DNA of 64,000 nt from an uncultured Elusimicrobia bacterium (GTDB lineage Bacteria > Elusimicrobiota > Elusimicrobia > 2-01-FULL-59-12). The stretch's first letter is position 1; each line of letters begins with the position of its first letter. The position numbers and the translations under genes were made by a program. Below, one piece after another: positions 42,249 to 52,121 of this stretch. The stretch lies in contig OY969767.1 of the NCBI GenBank assembly GCA_963702895.1, positions 2,048,001 to 2,112,000 on the forward strand, in the 5' to 3' direction. The notes beneath the pieces are model-generated. The model saw only the letters and a program-made list of their open reading frames with translations. It searched no databases and was not told the origin of the DNA.

Positions 42249-43447
42249 GACGAAACCTTCGTTTTGATGGAAGCCATAAGTTTTTTAAAACGTAAAAGGA
42301 CGTCGTGAAACCGGTTATCATGGGTCACCAAAGACATTCGGATAAACCCTTCCCCTCCCGCGCCAAAACCCACGCCTGGCGCGACGGCGACGCCGGTTTC
42401 CCGCAACAATTTTTCAGCAAAGGCCAGCGACCCCATCGCACGAAAGGGCTCCGGCAGCGGCGCCCAAACGTACATGGTCGCCTTGGCTTTGGGGACTTGC
42501 CATCCCATCTTATTGAGACCCTCCACCAGATGGTCCCGCCGCTTGCGATACACGTCGAGCGTCGGGCGTACATTGGACGGCCATCCTTCCAGGGCCGCGA
42601 CGGCGGAGAGCTGAATAAAAGTGGGGGCGCCATAATCCAGAAAGGACTTAAACTTTTCTACGGCAGCCACGACGCGGGCGTTGCCGCACATCCAGCCGAT
42701 ACGCCACCCCGCCATGTTGTAAGTCTTGGAGCAAGAGTGGACTTCCAGACCCACCTGCATGGCGCCTTCGACTTCGAGGAAGCTGGGCGCCACGTAGTCA
42801 TCAAACGTGACTTCCGAATAGGCATTATCGTGGCAGACGATCAGATCGTACTTCTTCGCGAAGGCCACCCACTCTTTAAACACAGCCTTGTCCGGTACGA
42901 CAGCGGCGGTGGGGTTGTTGGGATAATTCAAGAAAAGGAGTTTTGATTTCCTGGCAACGCTTTCTGGAATTTTTTCAAGCTCAGGCAAATATTGGTTCTC
43001 GGGCTTCAGGGGAATCGAATACACCTCTCCCCCCGCAAGGATCACGCCGTTGAAATGAGCGGGGTAAGCAGGGTCTCCCACGAGCACCGTGTCCCCGGGA
43101 TTTAAGACCGCCATCGCCAGGTGCGCGATGCCCTCCTTGGAGCCGATGAGCGCCGTCACTTCCTGTTCCGGATCCAGTGACACCCCAAAACGCTTCTGCA
43201 TCCAGGCCGCAATGGTCTTGCGAAACTTGGGGATCCCTTTGGCCTGCGGATACCGATGTGTGGAAGGATGATGCTGAACGGTGTCGCAAAGACGATGCAC
43301 GATCGGGGCAGGGGTCGGTTGATCAGGGTTTCCCATGCCCAGGTCGATCACGTCCAATTTCTTGGCGTAGGCCTCCTTCTTAAGCTGCGTGATACGAGTG
43401 AATAAATAAGGAGGAAGCCGATTCAAACGATCGGAAAAATCCGGCAT
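42245..43447 (-). CDS. Class I/II PLP aminotransferase (AlaC / LL-DAP aminotransferase-like)
   Basis: DLGMGNPD, GSKEG, NYPNNPT, DNAY, SKTYNMAGWRIG. Confidence 0.9.
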   Translation of the reverse strand: MPDFSDRLNRLPPYLFTRITQLKKEAYAKKLDVIDLGMGNPDQPTPAPIVHRLCDTVQHHPSTHRYPQAKGIPKFRKTIAAWMQKRFGVSLDPEQEVTALIGSKEGIAHLAMAVLNPGDTVLVGDPAYPAHFNGVILAGGEVYSIPLKPENQYLPELEKIPESVARKSKLLFLNYPNNPTAAVVPDKAVFKEWVAFAKKYDLIVCHDNAYSEVTFDDYVAPSFLEVEGAMQVGLEVHSCSKTYNMAGWRIGWMCGNARVVAAVEKFKSFLDYGAPTFIQLSAVAALEGWPSNVRPTLDVYRKRRDHLVEGLNKMGWQVPKAKATMYVWAPLPEPFRAMGSLAFAEKLLRETGVAVAPGVGFGAGGEGFIRMSLVTHDNRFHDVLLRFKKLMASIKTKVSS

Positions 43448-43494
43448 ATAACGCCGTTATCCTATCAAATATCGAGATTCGGTAACGAAGTCTA

Positions 43495-43821
43495 CTAGGC
43501 GGCCTGCGTTGGCGGCGGATTGGACGGCGCCACGACAGGGGCTGTGGACAGGCGAACCAGCTTCTTCAGCGAAAAGCTTGGCTTGAAAGAAACCTTCCGC
43601 CCGACGGGGATCTGAATGGTCTCACCCGTTTTGGGATTGCGCCCTTTGCGCGCCTTGCGGGATTTCACCTTGAAAGTGCCAAGACCAGAGAGCGAGACTT
43701 TATCGCCCACGCGCAGAGCTTCCCGGATCGTCTTGACGAGAGCTTTGACCGATCTTGAAGCCTGGGACTTTTTGACTCGTGCCTCTTTGGATACACGCTG
43801 GATTAACTGTACTTTATTCAT
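43495..43821 (-). CDS. hup: HU family DNA-binding protein
   Basis: MNKVQLI...GLGTF...RKGRNPKTGE...FKP. Confidence 0.93.
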   Translation of the reverse strand: MNKVQLIQRVSKEARVKKSQASRSVKALVKTIREALRVGDKVSLSGLGTFKVKSRKARKGRNPKTGETIQIPVGRKVSFKPSFSLKKLVRLSTAPVVAPSNPPPTQAA

Positions 43822-43947
43822 CTCTGCTCCCCTCCTCCTAACACACCTTTAAAAATTGACCTTAAATACATATCGATTCTTCACTACTCTTGCCAGTCGA
43901 TTTCTAACAGATTTAATTTTGACTGTCAATGGCTATTTTTCAATACG

Positions 43948-43978
43948 AAAAAGAAGCCCCGATGATGGAGATCGGGGC
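43948..43978 (-). terminator. Intrinsic terminator after rplM-rpsI
   Basis: GCCCCGAT-ctccatc-ATCGGGGC followed by TTCTTTTT on the minus strand. Confidence 0.8.
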
Positions 43979-44013
43979 CTTCCTTAATAGGACGTACATA
44001 AATGAGGCTAAAT

Positions 44014-44421
44014 TTAGCGTTTGGAGTACTGGAAGCGTTTGCGAGCTTTTGGACGCCCTGGTTTTTTGCGCTCTACCATACGAGAATCGCGGGTCAAAAG
44101 GCCTTCTTTTCGCATAGCGATTCGCATTGAATTATCAAGCCGTGAAAATGCCCTGGCCACGCCGTGTGCAATAGCACCTGCCTGCCCTGTGACGCCGCCG
44201 CCAAGAACATCCACCCAAATATCATATTGCTGGCCGACTTTGGCGACTTCGAAGGGCCGCATGACGCCCCATTTCGCTCGGGTATGACCGCCAAAATACT
44301 CTTCCAAGTTCTTGTCATTGATCACAAGCTTTCCGCTGCCCGGCACAAGCCGCACACGTGCCGTCGCGTTCTTCCGACGACCGGTAGCCCAAACGGGATA
44401 AGCGATATTGGCGGGTGACAT
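44014..44421 (-). CDS. rpsI: 30S ribosomal protein S9
   Basis: TGRRKNATARV, GGGVTGQAGA, ERKKPG...QYSKR. Confidence 0.98.
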   Translation of the reverse strand: MSPANIAYPVWATGRRKNATARVRLVPGSGKLVINDKNLEEYFGGHTRAKWGVMRPFEVAKVGQQYDIWVDVLGGGVTGQAGAIAHGVARAFSRLDNSMRIAMRKEGLLTRDSRMVERKKPGRPKARKRFQYSKR

Positions 44422-44426
44422 AAATT

Positions 44427-44864
44427 TTAAGAGAGCGCGTACGCCTGCGGCTGCTGAGCGGCATGGGGGTGCTTGGCATCCCGGTAGACCTTGAGGCGGG
44501 TCATCATCCGTTCTCGGAGCTTGCTTTTGGTGAGCATCGTGCTCACGGCTTTTTCGACGGCTCGTTCAGGATTTTCAACCATCAACCGGCTATAGGGAAC
44601 GAGTTTGAGCCCTCCTGGATACAGGGAGTGGCTGTAGGCGACTTTCTGTTCCAGCTTTTTGCCGGTCAATTTCACGTCGGCGGCATTAATCACGACGACA
44701 AAATCACCCTCGTCAAGATACGGCGTAAAGGTTGGCTTCCCCTTACCGCGTAAAAGTTGCGCCACACGAGTCGCTAAACGTCCAAGCACCTGGCCTTTGG
44801 CGTCAATCATATGCCACTGGCGCGTGGGCGCGTGGCCTTGCTTGGGAAAATAGGTGGTTTTCAT
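44427..44864 (-). CDS. rplM: 50S ribosomal protein L13
   Basis: IDAKGQVLGRLA, GKGKPTFTP, HPHAAQQP. Confidence 0.98.
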   Translation of the reverse strand: MKTTYFPKQGHAPTRQWHMIDAKGQVLGRLATRVAQLLRGKGKPTFTPYLDEGDFVVVINAADVKLTGKKLEQKVAYSHSLYPGGLKLVPYSRLMVENPERAVEKAVSTMLTKSKLRERMMTRLKVYRDAKHPHAAQQPQAYALS

Positions 44865-44879
44865 GAAGCGGCAATTGTA

Positions 44880-45521
44880 TCAAAGGTGCTGATAATGGGC
44901 AAGGCCAAAGGGCTGGTTCAAAGCGGCCTGCGACAGACGCAAAAGGAAGAAGGTAAAGGCCTTCAAGGCTTCCGGGCCTGAGCGCTCTGAGACGAACGGG
45001 ACCTTTTCGGGGTTGCCGTAGAGACCGAGCGAGTTGCGCAGGATGAAGTGATGGCCGAGACAAAGGACCCCGTCAACAGCCTGGCCGGAGGAAGCCCCTA
45101 GAAAGGAAGTCAGTTCTGACAGAGAAATAGGCTCAAAGCTGACGGCCAGGCACGCGATCTCCGACTTGCGCTTCTTGTCGAGCTTTTTAAGCTGCTTCAC
45201 GAGCGCCCCATACTGCGTCAGGTCATGTTCCGACCAGTTCTTAATTTGTAGCGTAAAGACGACTCCATCAGCCAAGAAGCTGCTCGCGTTTCCCTGCCCA
45301 AAAGGCGGAAAATTATCCGTTGTGGCGATGGCGTCAAAGGGACCCGCCTGCCTCTCTTTGAGATCAATAATCGTGCCGGGGCCCATTCGGATGGAGGTGG
45401 GAAGCAAGTTCCGGATTTGCCCAGCGAAGAAGCCGACGGCGGCCGACGGCTTTTTCGCTTTTTTATACTCCCCGAGAAGATGCTCGGTCAAATTGGAAAA
45501 ACTCTCGGTGATCGCTCCCAT
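44880..45521 (-). CDS. Hypothetical protein (possibly degenerate PD-(D/E)xK/DUF6602-like fold)
   Basis: 213-aa ORF in operon context; LP...GTIID...D pattern. Confidence 0.55.
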   Translation of the reverse strand: MGAITESFSNLTEHLLGEYKKAKKPSAAVGFFAGQIRNLLPTSIRMGPGTIIDLKERQAGPFDAIATTDNFPPFGQGNASSFLADGVVFTLQIKNWSEHDLTQYGALVKQLKKLDKKRKSEIACLAVSFEPISLSELTSFLGASSGQAVDGVLCLGHHFILRNSLGLYGNPEKVPFVSERSGPEALKAFTFFLLRLSQAALNQPFGLAHYQHL

Positions 45522-45531
45522 AAGCTCCTTT

Positions 45532-46260
45532 TTAGCAAAGTTCCGCGAACGTCGCCAGCGAAATACACCGCTTTTGAAGTTCCTCTCGAATGGCGGTGGA
45601 GGTGCAATGGGAAAGCTCTTTTTCCCTCCAAGGTTCCCCTTGTCCTGGATGCACCATCAGTTCTGCCGTTTCGAACGGAAGCGACAAATCCAAATAGCGA
45701 TAGCCGGGAAGACTGGACTCGACCGCTTCCCAGCCTGCGAAAAAAGTGTCGACGCAACACAAACCAAAACGAGACAGCAAATCTTTGACCCAGGCTGTCG
45801 GCAGGCCTGGGTAGAGGCCCTCATAATAACCCTCGAAATACCGGATCATGGGAATCTTGTGTTTTGCGGCCAGCGCCGCAATCGTCGCGATGAGCTCTGG
45901 CCTGAGGTGGACGTGATGGTGGCCATCCAAATGATGGACCGGCAGACCGGTTGATCGTGCTGCGTTGATTTGCGCTTCCGTCTCTGTGGCGATCGCCTCC
46001 AGGGGTAGTCCAGGGTCCTTATAAGCGACCAGCCGTCCCGCGCCGTGTTCCACCTCAAAAAAAGAGTCGAGATCCAGATGCAGCCCAATCCCCAATCTCG
46101 GGTTGGCTTTGGCGAAGTTCACGGCTTCCTCAAACCCCTCGCGCGTGGTCATGAGACTGGCGCTGGTCACGATCCCCTTTTGGTGCGCTTCGATGATGCC
46201 CTGGTTGATCGAGGAGGAACGACCGAAATCATCAGCGTTTACGACCAGTTTCTTGGTCAA
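45532..46260 (-). CDS. ChbG/YdjC family carbohydrate deacetylase
   Basis: NADDFG, TSASLM, GLHL, HLDGHHHVH, ELMVHPG. Confidence 0.9.
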   Translation of the reverse strand: MTKKLVVNADDFGRSSSINQGIIEAHQKGIVTSASLMTTREGFEEAVNFAKANPRLGIGLHLDLDSFFEVEHGAGRLVAYKDPGLPLEAIATETEAQINAARSTGLPVHHLDGHHHVHLRPELIATIAALAAKHKIPMIRYFEGYYEGLYPGLPTAWVKDLLSRFGLCCVDTFFAGWEAVESSLPGYRYLDLSLPFETAELMVHPGQGEPWREKELSHCTSTAIREELQKRCISLATFAELC

Positions 46261-47285
46261 AGAAAGCCTTTTTCAATCATCACTTCGGCGATCTGCACAC
46301 CGTTGAGCGCAGCCCCTTTGAGCAGCTGATCTCCGGCCACAAAGAGTGCAATGGATTTCCCGGAAGGGTCACTCCAGTCCTGGCGTATCCGCCCGACGAG
46401 CACCTCCCCTTGCCCCGTCGCATCCTTGGGCATTGGAAAATAGTTTTTCTCGGGATCGTCCACCACTTTCACACCAGGCGCGCTTTGAAGAAGAGATTTC
46501 ACCTCCGCTGGACTGATGGGGCGCTCACACTCAAGGGTCAAGGCCTCGGAGTGCGCGCGCAGAACGGGGACGCGCACACAGGTGGCGCTCACCCGGATGT
46601 CAGGGTCGCCAAATATCTTTCGCGTTTCGTTGGCCATCTTGATTTCCTCTTCGTTGTAGCCGGTCGCTGGATCCACTTTGGAATTGTGGCTGAAGAGATT
46701 AAACGCATAGGGGTGTGGAAGGACCGTGTGCTGATACTCTTTCTTGTCCAAATGCGCGCGTGTGGACTCCATGAGCTCCTTCATAGCCGCCGCCCCGGCA
46801 CCGGAGGCGGCCTGGTAGGTGGCAGCGATCAGCCTGCGGATGCGATTTTTCTTATGGATCGGCCAGAGCGGCGTGATCGCGATAATGGTGGAGCAATTGG
46901 GATTAGCGATAATGCCCGGATGGCCAAGGATGGCCTCTGGATTAATCTCCGGAATCACGAGAGGTACTTTCGGATCCATACGAAAAGCGGAAGAATTATC
47001 AATGACCACCGTACCCGACTGCACCGCAAGGGGAGCAAATTTCTTGGAAATTGACCCGCCCGCGCTAAAAAACGCCAGGTCGATCCCAACAAAACTCTTC
47101 TCCGTCAATTCATCGACGGTGATCTTCTTCCCGCAAAAAACCATCTGTTTGCCTTTGGAGCGAGCGGAAGCCAGGAGCGTCATCTCCGCTATGGGGAACT
47201 TGCGGTCCTCAAGGCATCGTAGAAACTCCACCCCAACGGCTCCGGTGGCGCCAACAACGGCTACGTGATACTTTCGAGTTGCCAT
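46257..47285 (-). CDS. asd: Aspartate-semialdehyde dehydrogenase
   Basis: VGATGAVG, DNSSAFRM, NPNCST, TCVRVPV, DQLLKGAALN. Confidence 0.97.
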   Translation of the reverse strand: MATRKYHVAVVGATGAVGVEFLRCLEDRKFPIAEMTLLASARSKGKQMVFCGKKITVDELTEKSFVGIDLAFFSAGGSISKKFAPLAVQSGTVVIDNSSAFRMDPKVPLVIPEINPEAILGHPGIIANPNCSTIIAITPLWPIHKKNRIRRLIAATYQAASGAGAAAMKELMESTRAHLDKKEYQHTVLPHPYAFNLFSHNSKVDPATGYNEEEIKMANETRKIFGDPDIRVSATCVRVPVLRAHSEALTLECERPISPAEVKSLLQSAPGVKVVDDPEKNYFPMPKDATGQGEVLVGRIRQDWSDPSGKSIALFVAGDQLLKGAALNGVQIAEVMIEKGFL

Positions 47286-47556
47286 AGAAGCGGCTATTTT
47301 AGCAGGCCCTTCCTTTATAGTGCAATTCTCGCAGAGGCATCCTGTTTGCCCGGCCCGACGACGTAAGAATTAACTTACGCGTAACACAATCGTCATATTG
47401 CTGTAACTTCACCGGGATACCATTGGGGTCGACAGTATCGAGGTTTGTTGGGGGGGTGGAATTTCCCCTTGACCATCAAAAAAGCCTCTGTTAAACTGGC
47501 CATGGACAAATGGGGTCAAAATGCTCATCGATATTGCCGCTTAAAATCAACCTACA

Positions 47557-50500
47557 ATGAAAAGGTCATTAACATCTTTTGAGAGGCCAAGGTTTCTGCG
47601 CGTTATCTGCGCGGGAATCCTGACTTGGTGTTCAACCTTCAATCTGGGACTTGAGGCCCAGGAGAAAAAAGTTTTCTCCCATGTCGCTGATGTGAAGCTT
47701 GGCAATGACGATGCCCTTCTCGATGTTTACAAATCCCTCTCGGAGCGCTTTGAGGACGAATATCGCGCCATTGGGACCGCCTATACGGTTGGCGAAAATC
47801 TTTATATGCAAAAACGATTCGATGATGCCATCAAGAATTTTGACATGGTCATCGCACGGGCCAGCAAGAAGCACGCTTTTCTGGCCGACGCAGCTCGACT
47901 GCGCCTCGCCCAATCTTATCTTATGAACGGCGCGTCCTCCATGGCTCTTGTGAAAGCACGCGACGTGGCGAATTCTTCGAATAAATTCCTCGCCGCGGAG
48001 GCGTGGTACGCGTTGTCTCGGGGGTATCTGGCCAGCGGCAAAATCGACCGCGCCGAAGACGCCTATAAAAACATTCTGACCGTCAACCCTGTCTATGGGG
48101 GTCGTCTGAAGGTCGATCTCCTTTCCGGGCTTTTGGCCTACGAGAAGGGAGCTTATTTGGACGCCGCGATCCACTTTCAAAAACATTCGGACAATATTCC
48201 ATCGCTCTACTATTCCATCGCGTGTTTCTGCCAGATGAAGGACATCGCCAAGGCCGTTTCGGCCTATCAAAATCTTCTCGCCAGGGCTAAGAAGGGCACC
48301 TGGGTCGACCGCGCGCGCATCCTGATCGGCGAAGCCATCTACCAGACCAAAGATTATGACCTCGCGATGACCTTCTTTGGTCCAGTCAGCCGTCGGGACG
48401 CTCCAGTCCATTTGCGCGTGCTGGCCCTGTATCGCCTGGCCTGCATCGACTTTCAAAAGAAAAACTACACGCGCTGTGAGCTCACCTTGCAAAACCTTCT
48501 TAAAGATTTTCCCAACCACGCCCTGCGGACCGATTGGCTCTATCTGATCGCGACCATTCCGGTCTATCAGCGCGACTGGAACCGCACGATCAAGGAAGAA
48601 GGACGCTTTGCTTCCAGCGGCAAAGGCTCAACGCCAGCCCCGCGTTCGATTCCCCAAGACCAGCTCGCCCCCGAAGCTCAGTTCCGCGTCATTTGGGCGA
48701 CCATGGCCCTTGGAAAATACGCCGACGTCACACGACTTACGGACAAGTTCTACCGAAAGTATGAGCAGAACCCCTTAAGCGGCTACGCCTTGCTCTTGCA
48801 AGGGGTCGCTTACGATCAACTGAATAACACGGACAAGGCCATTGACGCCTATCAGACCATTGTCGACCTCTATCCTCATAGTCCAGCCGCTGGCAAAGCC
48901 GTCTACCTCATGACGCTAAGCCTCCACAAAGCGAAGGAACCGACCAGGATCGTGAGCGCCTTGAACCATCTCAATGAAAACCTGCAGCGCCAAGAAGAGA
49001 TCAAGTCCGACGCGTGGCGCAAGATCACCCTCTATTGGATCGCGGAGGGGTATTACTCCATTCAGGACTATGTTCATGCGGAACAAACCTATCAACGGTT
49101 TGTGGATCTTGCACCCGATCATCCGATGACCCCCTACGCCCTTCAAGGCCTTGCGGCAAGCCTTGCCTCTCAGGGGCCTGAGAAAATCGACAAAGCCAAG
49201 GTCTATATGCAACAAGCCATGCAGCGCGCCCAGGAGCTGGGCAACGGCCCTGTGGCGGCTGACGCGAAACTCCAGTACGGCAAGATCCTCTTTAATCAGA
49301 AGAACTATGATCTCGCCCTGGCCCAATTTGACAGCTATGTGCAGGAATCGACCAGCACCGCCCGCGTCGCGGAAGCGCTCTTTGCGGCCGGCAAAACGTT
49401 GTACAACCAGCAGTATTTCACGGAGGCCATCGCGCGGTGGAAGCAGCTGATCGATGGCTATCGCTTCTCCCCCCTACGCATTGAATCTTATCTGAAAACG
49501 GGCCAGACCCGGTTTGGACTGGGCCAGTACGATCAAGCGATCGCCGCTTATCAGTCGCTTGTGGCCAACTATCCCAACACCCCCCAAGCGCAGGAGGCCC
49601 AGTTCCAGATTATTCAGTGCTACTACAACAAAGGGGACCTGCGGAGCGCCTATCAGCAATTCTCCGCGTTTAAAAACAGTTTTCCTGCGGATGAGCGGAT
49701 CCGGGGAGTTTGCGAAAACCTTCTGGCCTCCTACCAAAACCAGGCTGGCGCCTCCTCGACGCTCCACTCCGCGGAACTCAGCGATCTCTTGAGGTCCTGT
49801 CAGGGCTCGGGCACGGCTTCCGCGATCCTCTGGGAGCGCGGGGCGAATCTTTTCAACAAGAAGGATTATGCCGCCGCGCAAAAATATTTCCAACGCATCA
49901 TGCTATCGTACCCCAACGATGATTACGCCGGCCAAGCTTACTATTACAACGCGGAATGCTATTTCTTCCTGAACGACATGGACCAGGCGGCTGGCGCCTA
50001 CAAGAGCTTTTTCATCAACTACCCCAATGACAAAATGGTTCCGCAGGCCATGTACCAGGTGGGCGTGAGCTTCTTTAAGAAATCCGACTTTAAAAAAGCG
50101 GCAGAGGCTTTCGATGAGTTCGTCAAGCGCTACCCGCAGCATTCGCTGGCCAAAGACGCCGCCATCAATGTGGCGCTGTGCTACAAAAAGGCCTTCCGCT
50201 TAGATGAGGCGATCACGTCCTATCGCAACTATCTGCTGCTTTATCCGAACGACCCCAAAGTGCCCTTCGTCCGCATGCAAATCGGGTCGCTCAAAGCCAC
50301 CAAAGGAAATTTCAAAGAGGCCATCGCTGAATACGAGTCCGTGCCCTCCGGCACCGCCGAACGGGCCGAGGCCCAGTACCGAATAGGTGAGGCTTACCAA
50401 AACCTCCATCAGACGGACCAGGCCCTGGCCGCATGGCAAAGACTTTTGACCATCGGGCCTCGTGACAACGAATTTCGTATCGCAGGGCTTCTCGAGGCTG

Positions 50501-50637
50501 CTAAAATCCTCGAAGCCAAAGGGTCTTCGCAAGGGTTGGCCACGATTTACTCGGATATTGCCGGATCGAGCAAGAACCAGCAGATCGTGCTCCACGCCCG
50601 GCAACAATTGAAGCAGCTAAAAGGAGGAGCACAATAA
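47557..50637 (+). CDS. Large secreted TPR protein (YbgF/BamD-like repeats)
   Basis: Signal-like N-terminus; many A-Y-x-x-G...YP TPR units over 1026 aa. Confidence 0.85.
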   Translation: MKRSLTSFERPRFLRVICAGILTWCSTFNLGLEAQEKKVFSHVADVKLGNDDALLDVYKSLSERFEDEYRAIGTAYTVGENLYMQKRFDDAIKNFDMVIARASKKHAFLADAARLRLAQSYLMNGASSMALVKARDVANSSNKFLAAEAWYALSRGYLASGKIDRAEDAYKNILTVNPVYGGRLKVDLLSGLLAYEKGAYLDAAIHFQKHSDNIPSLYYSIACFCQMKDIAKAVSAYQNLLARAKKGTWVDRARILIGEAIYQTKDYDLAMTFFGPVSRRDAPVHLRVLALYRLACIDFQKKNYTRCELTLQNLLKDFPNHALRTDWLYLIATIPVYQRDWNRTIKEEGRFASSGKGSTPAPRSIPQDQLAPEAQFRVIWATMALGKYADVTRLTDKFYRKYEQNPLSGYALLLQGVAYDQLNNTDKAIDAYQTIVDLYPHSPAAGKAVYLMTLSLHKAKEPTRIVSALNHLNENLQRQEEIKSDAWRKITLYWIAEGYYSIQDYVHAEQTYQRFVDLAPDHPMTPYALQGLAASLASQGPEKIDKAKVYMQQAMQRAQELGNGPVAADAKLQYGKILFNQKNYDLALAQFDSYVQESTSTARVAEALFAAGKTLYNQQYFTEAIARWKQLIDGYRFSPLRIESYLKTGQTRFGLGQYDQAIAAYQSLVANYPNTPQAQEAQFQIIQCYYNKGDLRSAYQQFSAFKNSFPADERIRGVCENLLASYQNQAGASSTLHSAELSDLLRSCQGSGTASAILWERGANLFNKKDYAAAQKYFQRIMLSYPNDDYAGQAYYYNAECYFFLNDMDQAAGAYKSFFINYPNDKMVPQAMYQVGVSFFKKSDFKKAAEAFDEFVKRYPQHSLAKDAAINVALCYKKAFRLDEAITSYRNYLLLYPNDPKVPFVRMQIGSLKATKGNFKEAIAEYESVPSGTAERAEAQYRIGEAYQNLHQTDQALAAWQRLLTIGPRDNEFRIAGLLEAAKILEAKGSSQGLATIYSDIAGSSKNQQIVLHARQQLKQLKGGAQ

Positions 50638-51270
50638 ATGGAACACATGACATTGATCGGTATTCTCAAAATCAGTCTGGTCATTCCCGTCCTGATGGTC
50701 TGTTCGGTCATTATGGTGGCGTACTTCTTCGAGCGTTTCTGGGCGTTCATGAGAGTCGGAAGCTTGGACGGCGTCGTCGCCGAGCGCATCAAACAGTGCG
50801 TTCGCCAGGGACAAATCAAGGAAGCGATCGCGCATTGTGCGAAGAACCCGGGCTTCATCACCCACGCGCTGGAAGTCGCCCTCAATGCCGCCCACTTCCC
50901 GAGAGAAGAGATGGAGAGCATTCTTTCGCTCTACCACATGAAACTCCAGGGCCTCTTGAACAAGCACCTGGCGGTTTTCGGGACCTTCGCCTTCATCGGG
51001 CCTCTCCTGGGGCTTTTGGGGACCGTCCTCGGCGTGATCCGCGCCTTCCGTGACCTTGCTCTGTCGGGGTCCGGTGGTCCGACCATCGTCGCTGCAGGGA
51101 TCGCAGAAGCCTTGATCGCAACGGCGGTCGGAATCGCTGTGGCGGTCACGTCTTCACTGATCTACAACTACTTCACGGCACGCGTGCGCACCATTGTCAC
51201 GCAGTTTGACCTCTTAAGCCAAGAAGTTGCGATTCTCGTTTATACAGGAAGCGAGAAAGGGCATAGGTGA
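50638..51270 (+). CDS. exbB: MotA/TolQ/ExbB proton channel
   Basis: GPLLGLLGTVLGVIRAF, GIAEALIATAVG. Confidence 0.9.
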   Translation: MEHMTLIGILKISLVIPVLMVCSVIMVAYFFERFWAFMRVGSLDGVVAERIKQCVRQGQIKEAIAHCAKNPGFITHALEVALNAAHFPREEMESILSLYHMKLQGLLNKHLAVFGTFAFIGPLLGLLGTVLGVIRAFRDLALSGSGGPTIVAAGIAEALIATAVGIAVAVTSSLIYNYFTARVRTIVTQFDLLSQEVAILVYTGSEKGHR

Positions 51271-51273
51271 TTT

Positions 51274-51696
51274 ATGTCTGACGTCAGGCAGACGGATTCG
51301 GGGGACCCCCTCAACGAAGTGAACGTCATTCCGCTGGCGGATCTTTCGCTGGTGCTGCTCATTATCTTGATGGTGATTTCCCCCATGATCATGCAGTCCA
51401 TGATCAAGGTGCAGTCGAGCCGCGCGACGATCGCCCGATCGGCGGCAGAGAAGGACCAGGAGCCTCCGCTCATCCTCGCGCTGAACAAATCAGGAGTTTC
51501 GCTCAACACCGTTGTGATGAAAGACGATGTCGACCTGGCCTCCAGGCTCGCTGCGGCCCTCGGAAACCGTGAGGACAAGACCGTTCTTATCACGGCGGAC
51601 CCCGCGGTGGAGCATGGCCGCTTTGTGCGGGTGTTGGACCTCGTCAAACAGCAAGGGGCAGAAAAGATCGCGCTCCTGAAGAAGGCAAAATCATGA
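51274..51696 (+). CDS. exbD: ExbD/TolR family protein
   Basis: VNVIPLADLSLVLLIILMV, ITADP. Confidence 0.9.
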   Translation: MSDVRQTDSGDPLNEVNVIPLADLSLVLLIILMVISPMIMQSMIKVQSSRATIARSAAEKDQEPPLILALNKSGVSLNTVVMKDDVDLASRLAAALGNREDKTVLITADPAVEHGRFVRVLDLVKQQGAEKIALLKKAKS

Positions 51697-52121
51697 AATA
51701 TAAACCACGCTCGGAAGACTTCGAGTCGCTTTCGGGGGTCAACATCATCCCGGTGATTGATGTGTCGCTGGTGCTCCTGATCATTCTTCTGGCCACCTCT
51801 CCCATCCTCAATCTGCCGGGTTTTGAGGTCAAACTCCCGAAAGCGGTCACGGCCGAAAGCAAAGAAAAAAACATCAGCATCAGCCTCTCTCTCCAAGGAT
51901 ACATGGCCGTCAACGAACAGAGCGTCGATGAAACAACGCTCGTGCGCGTTCTGCGCAAGGAACTCAAAGATAAACCTGAATTTTTAGTCATCATCCGGGC
52001 CGACCAGGGTGCCCCGTATGGGAAGGTGGAACGCATGATGGACCTCGCCAAACAAGCCGGGGCCCGTCGAATCGCGATCGCCACACAGCAAGAACAGGAA
52101 AAGGTGGTGAAAACCCAATGA
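51693..52121 (+). CDS. exbD: ExbD/TolR family protein (second copy)
   Basis: VNIIPVIDVSLVLLIIL, VKLPKA, IRADQGAPYG. Confidence 0.9.
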   Translation: MKYKPRSEDFESLSGVNIIPVIDVSLVLLIILLATSPILNLPGFEVKLPKAVTAESKEKNISISLSLQGYMAVNEQSVDETTLVRVLRKELKDKPEFLVIIRADQGAPYGKVERMMDLAKQAGARRIAIATQQEQEKVVKTQ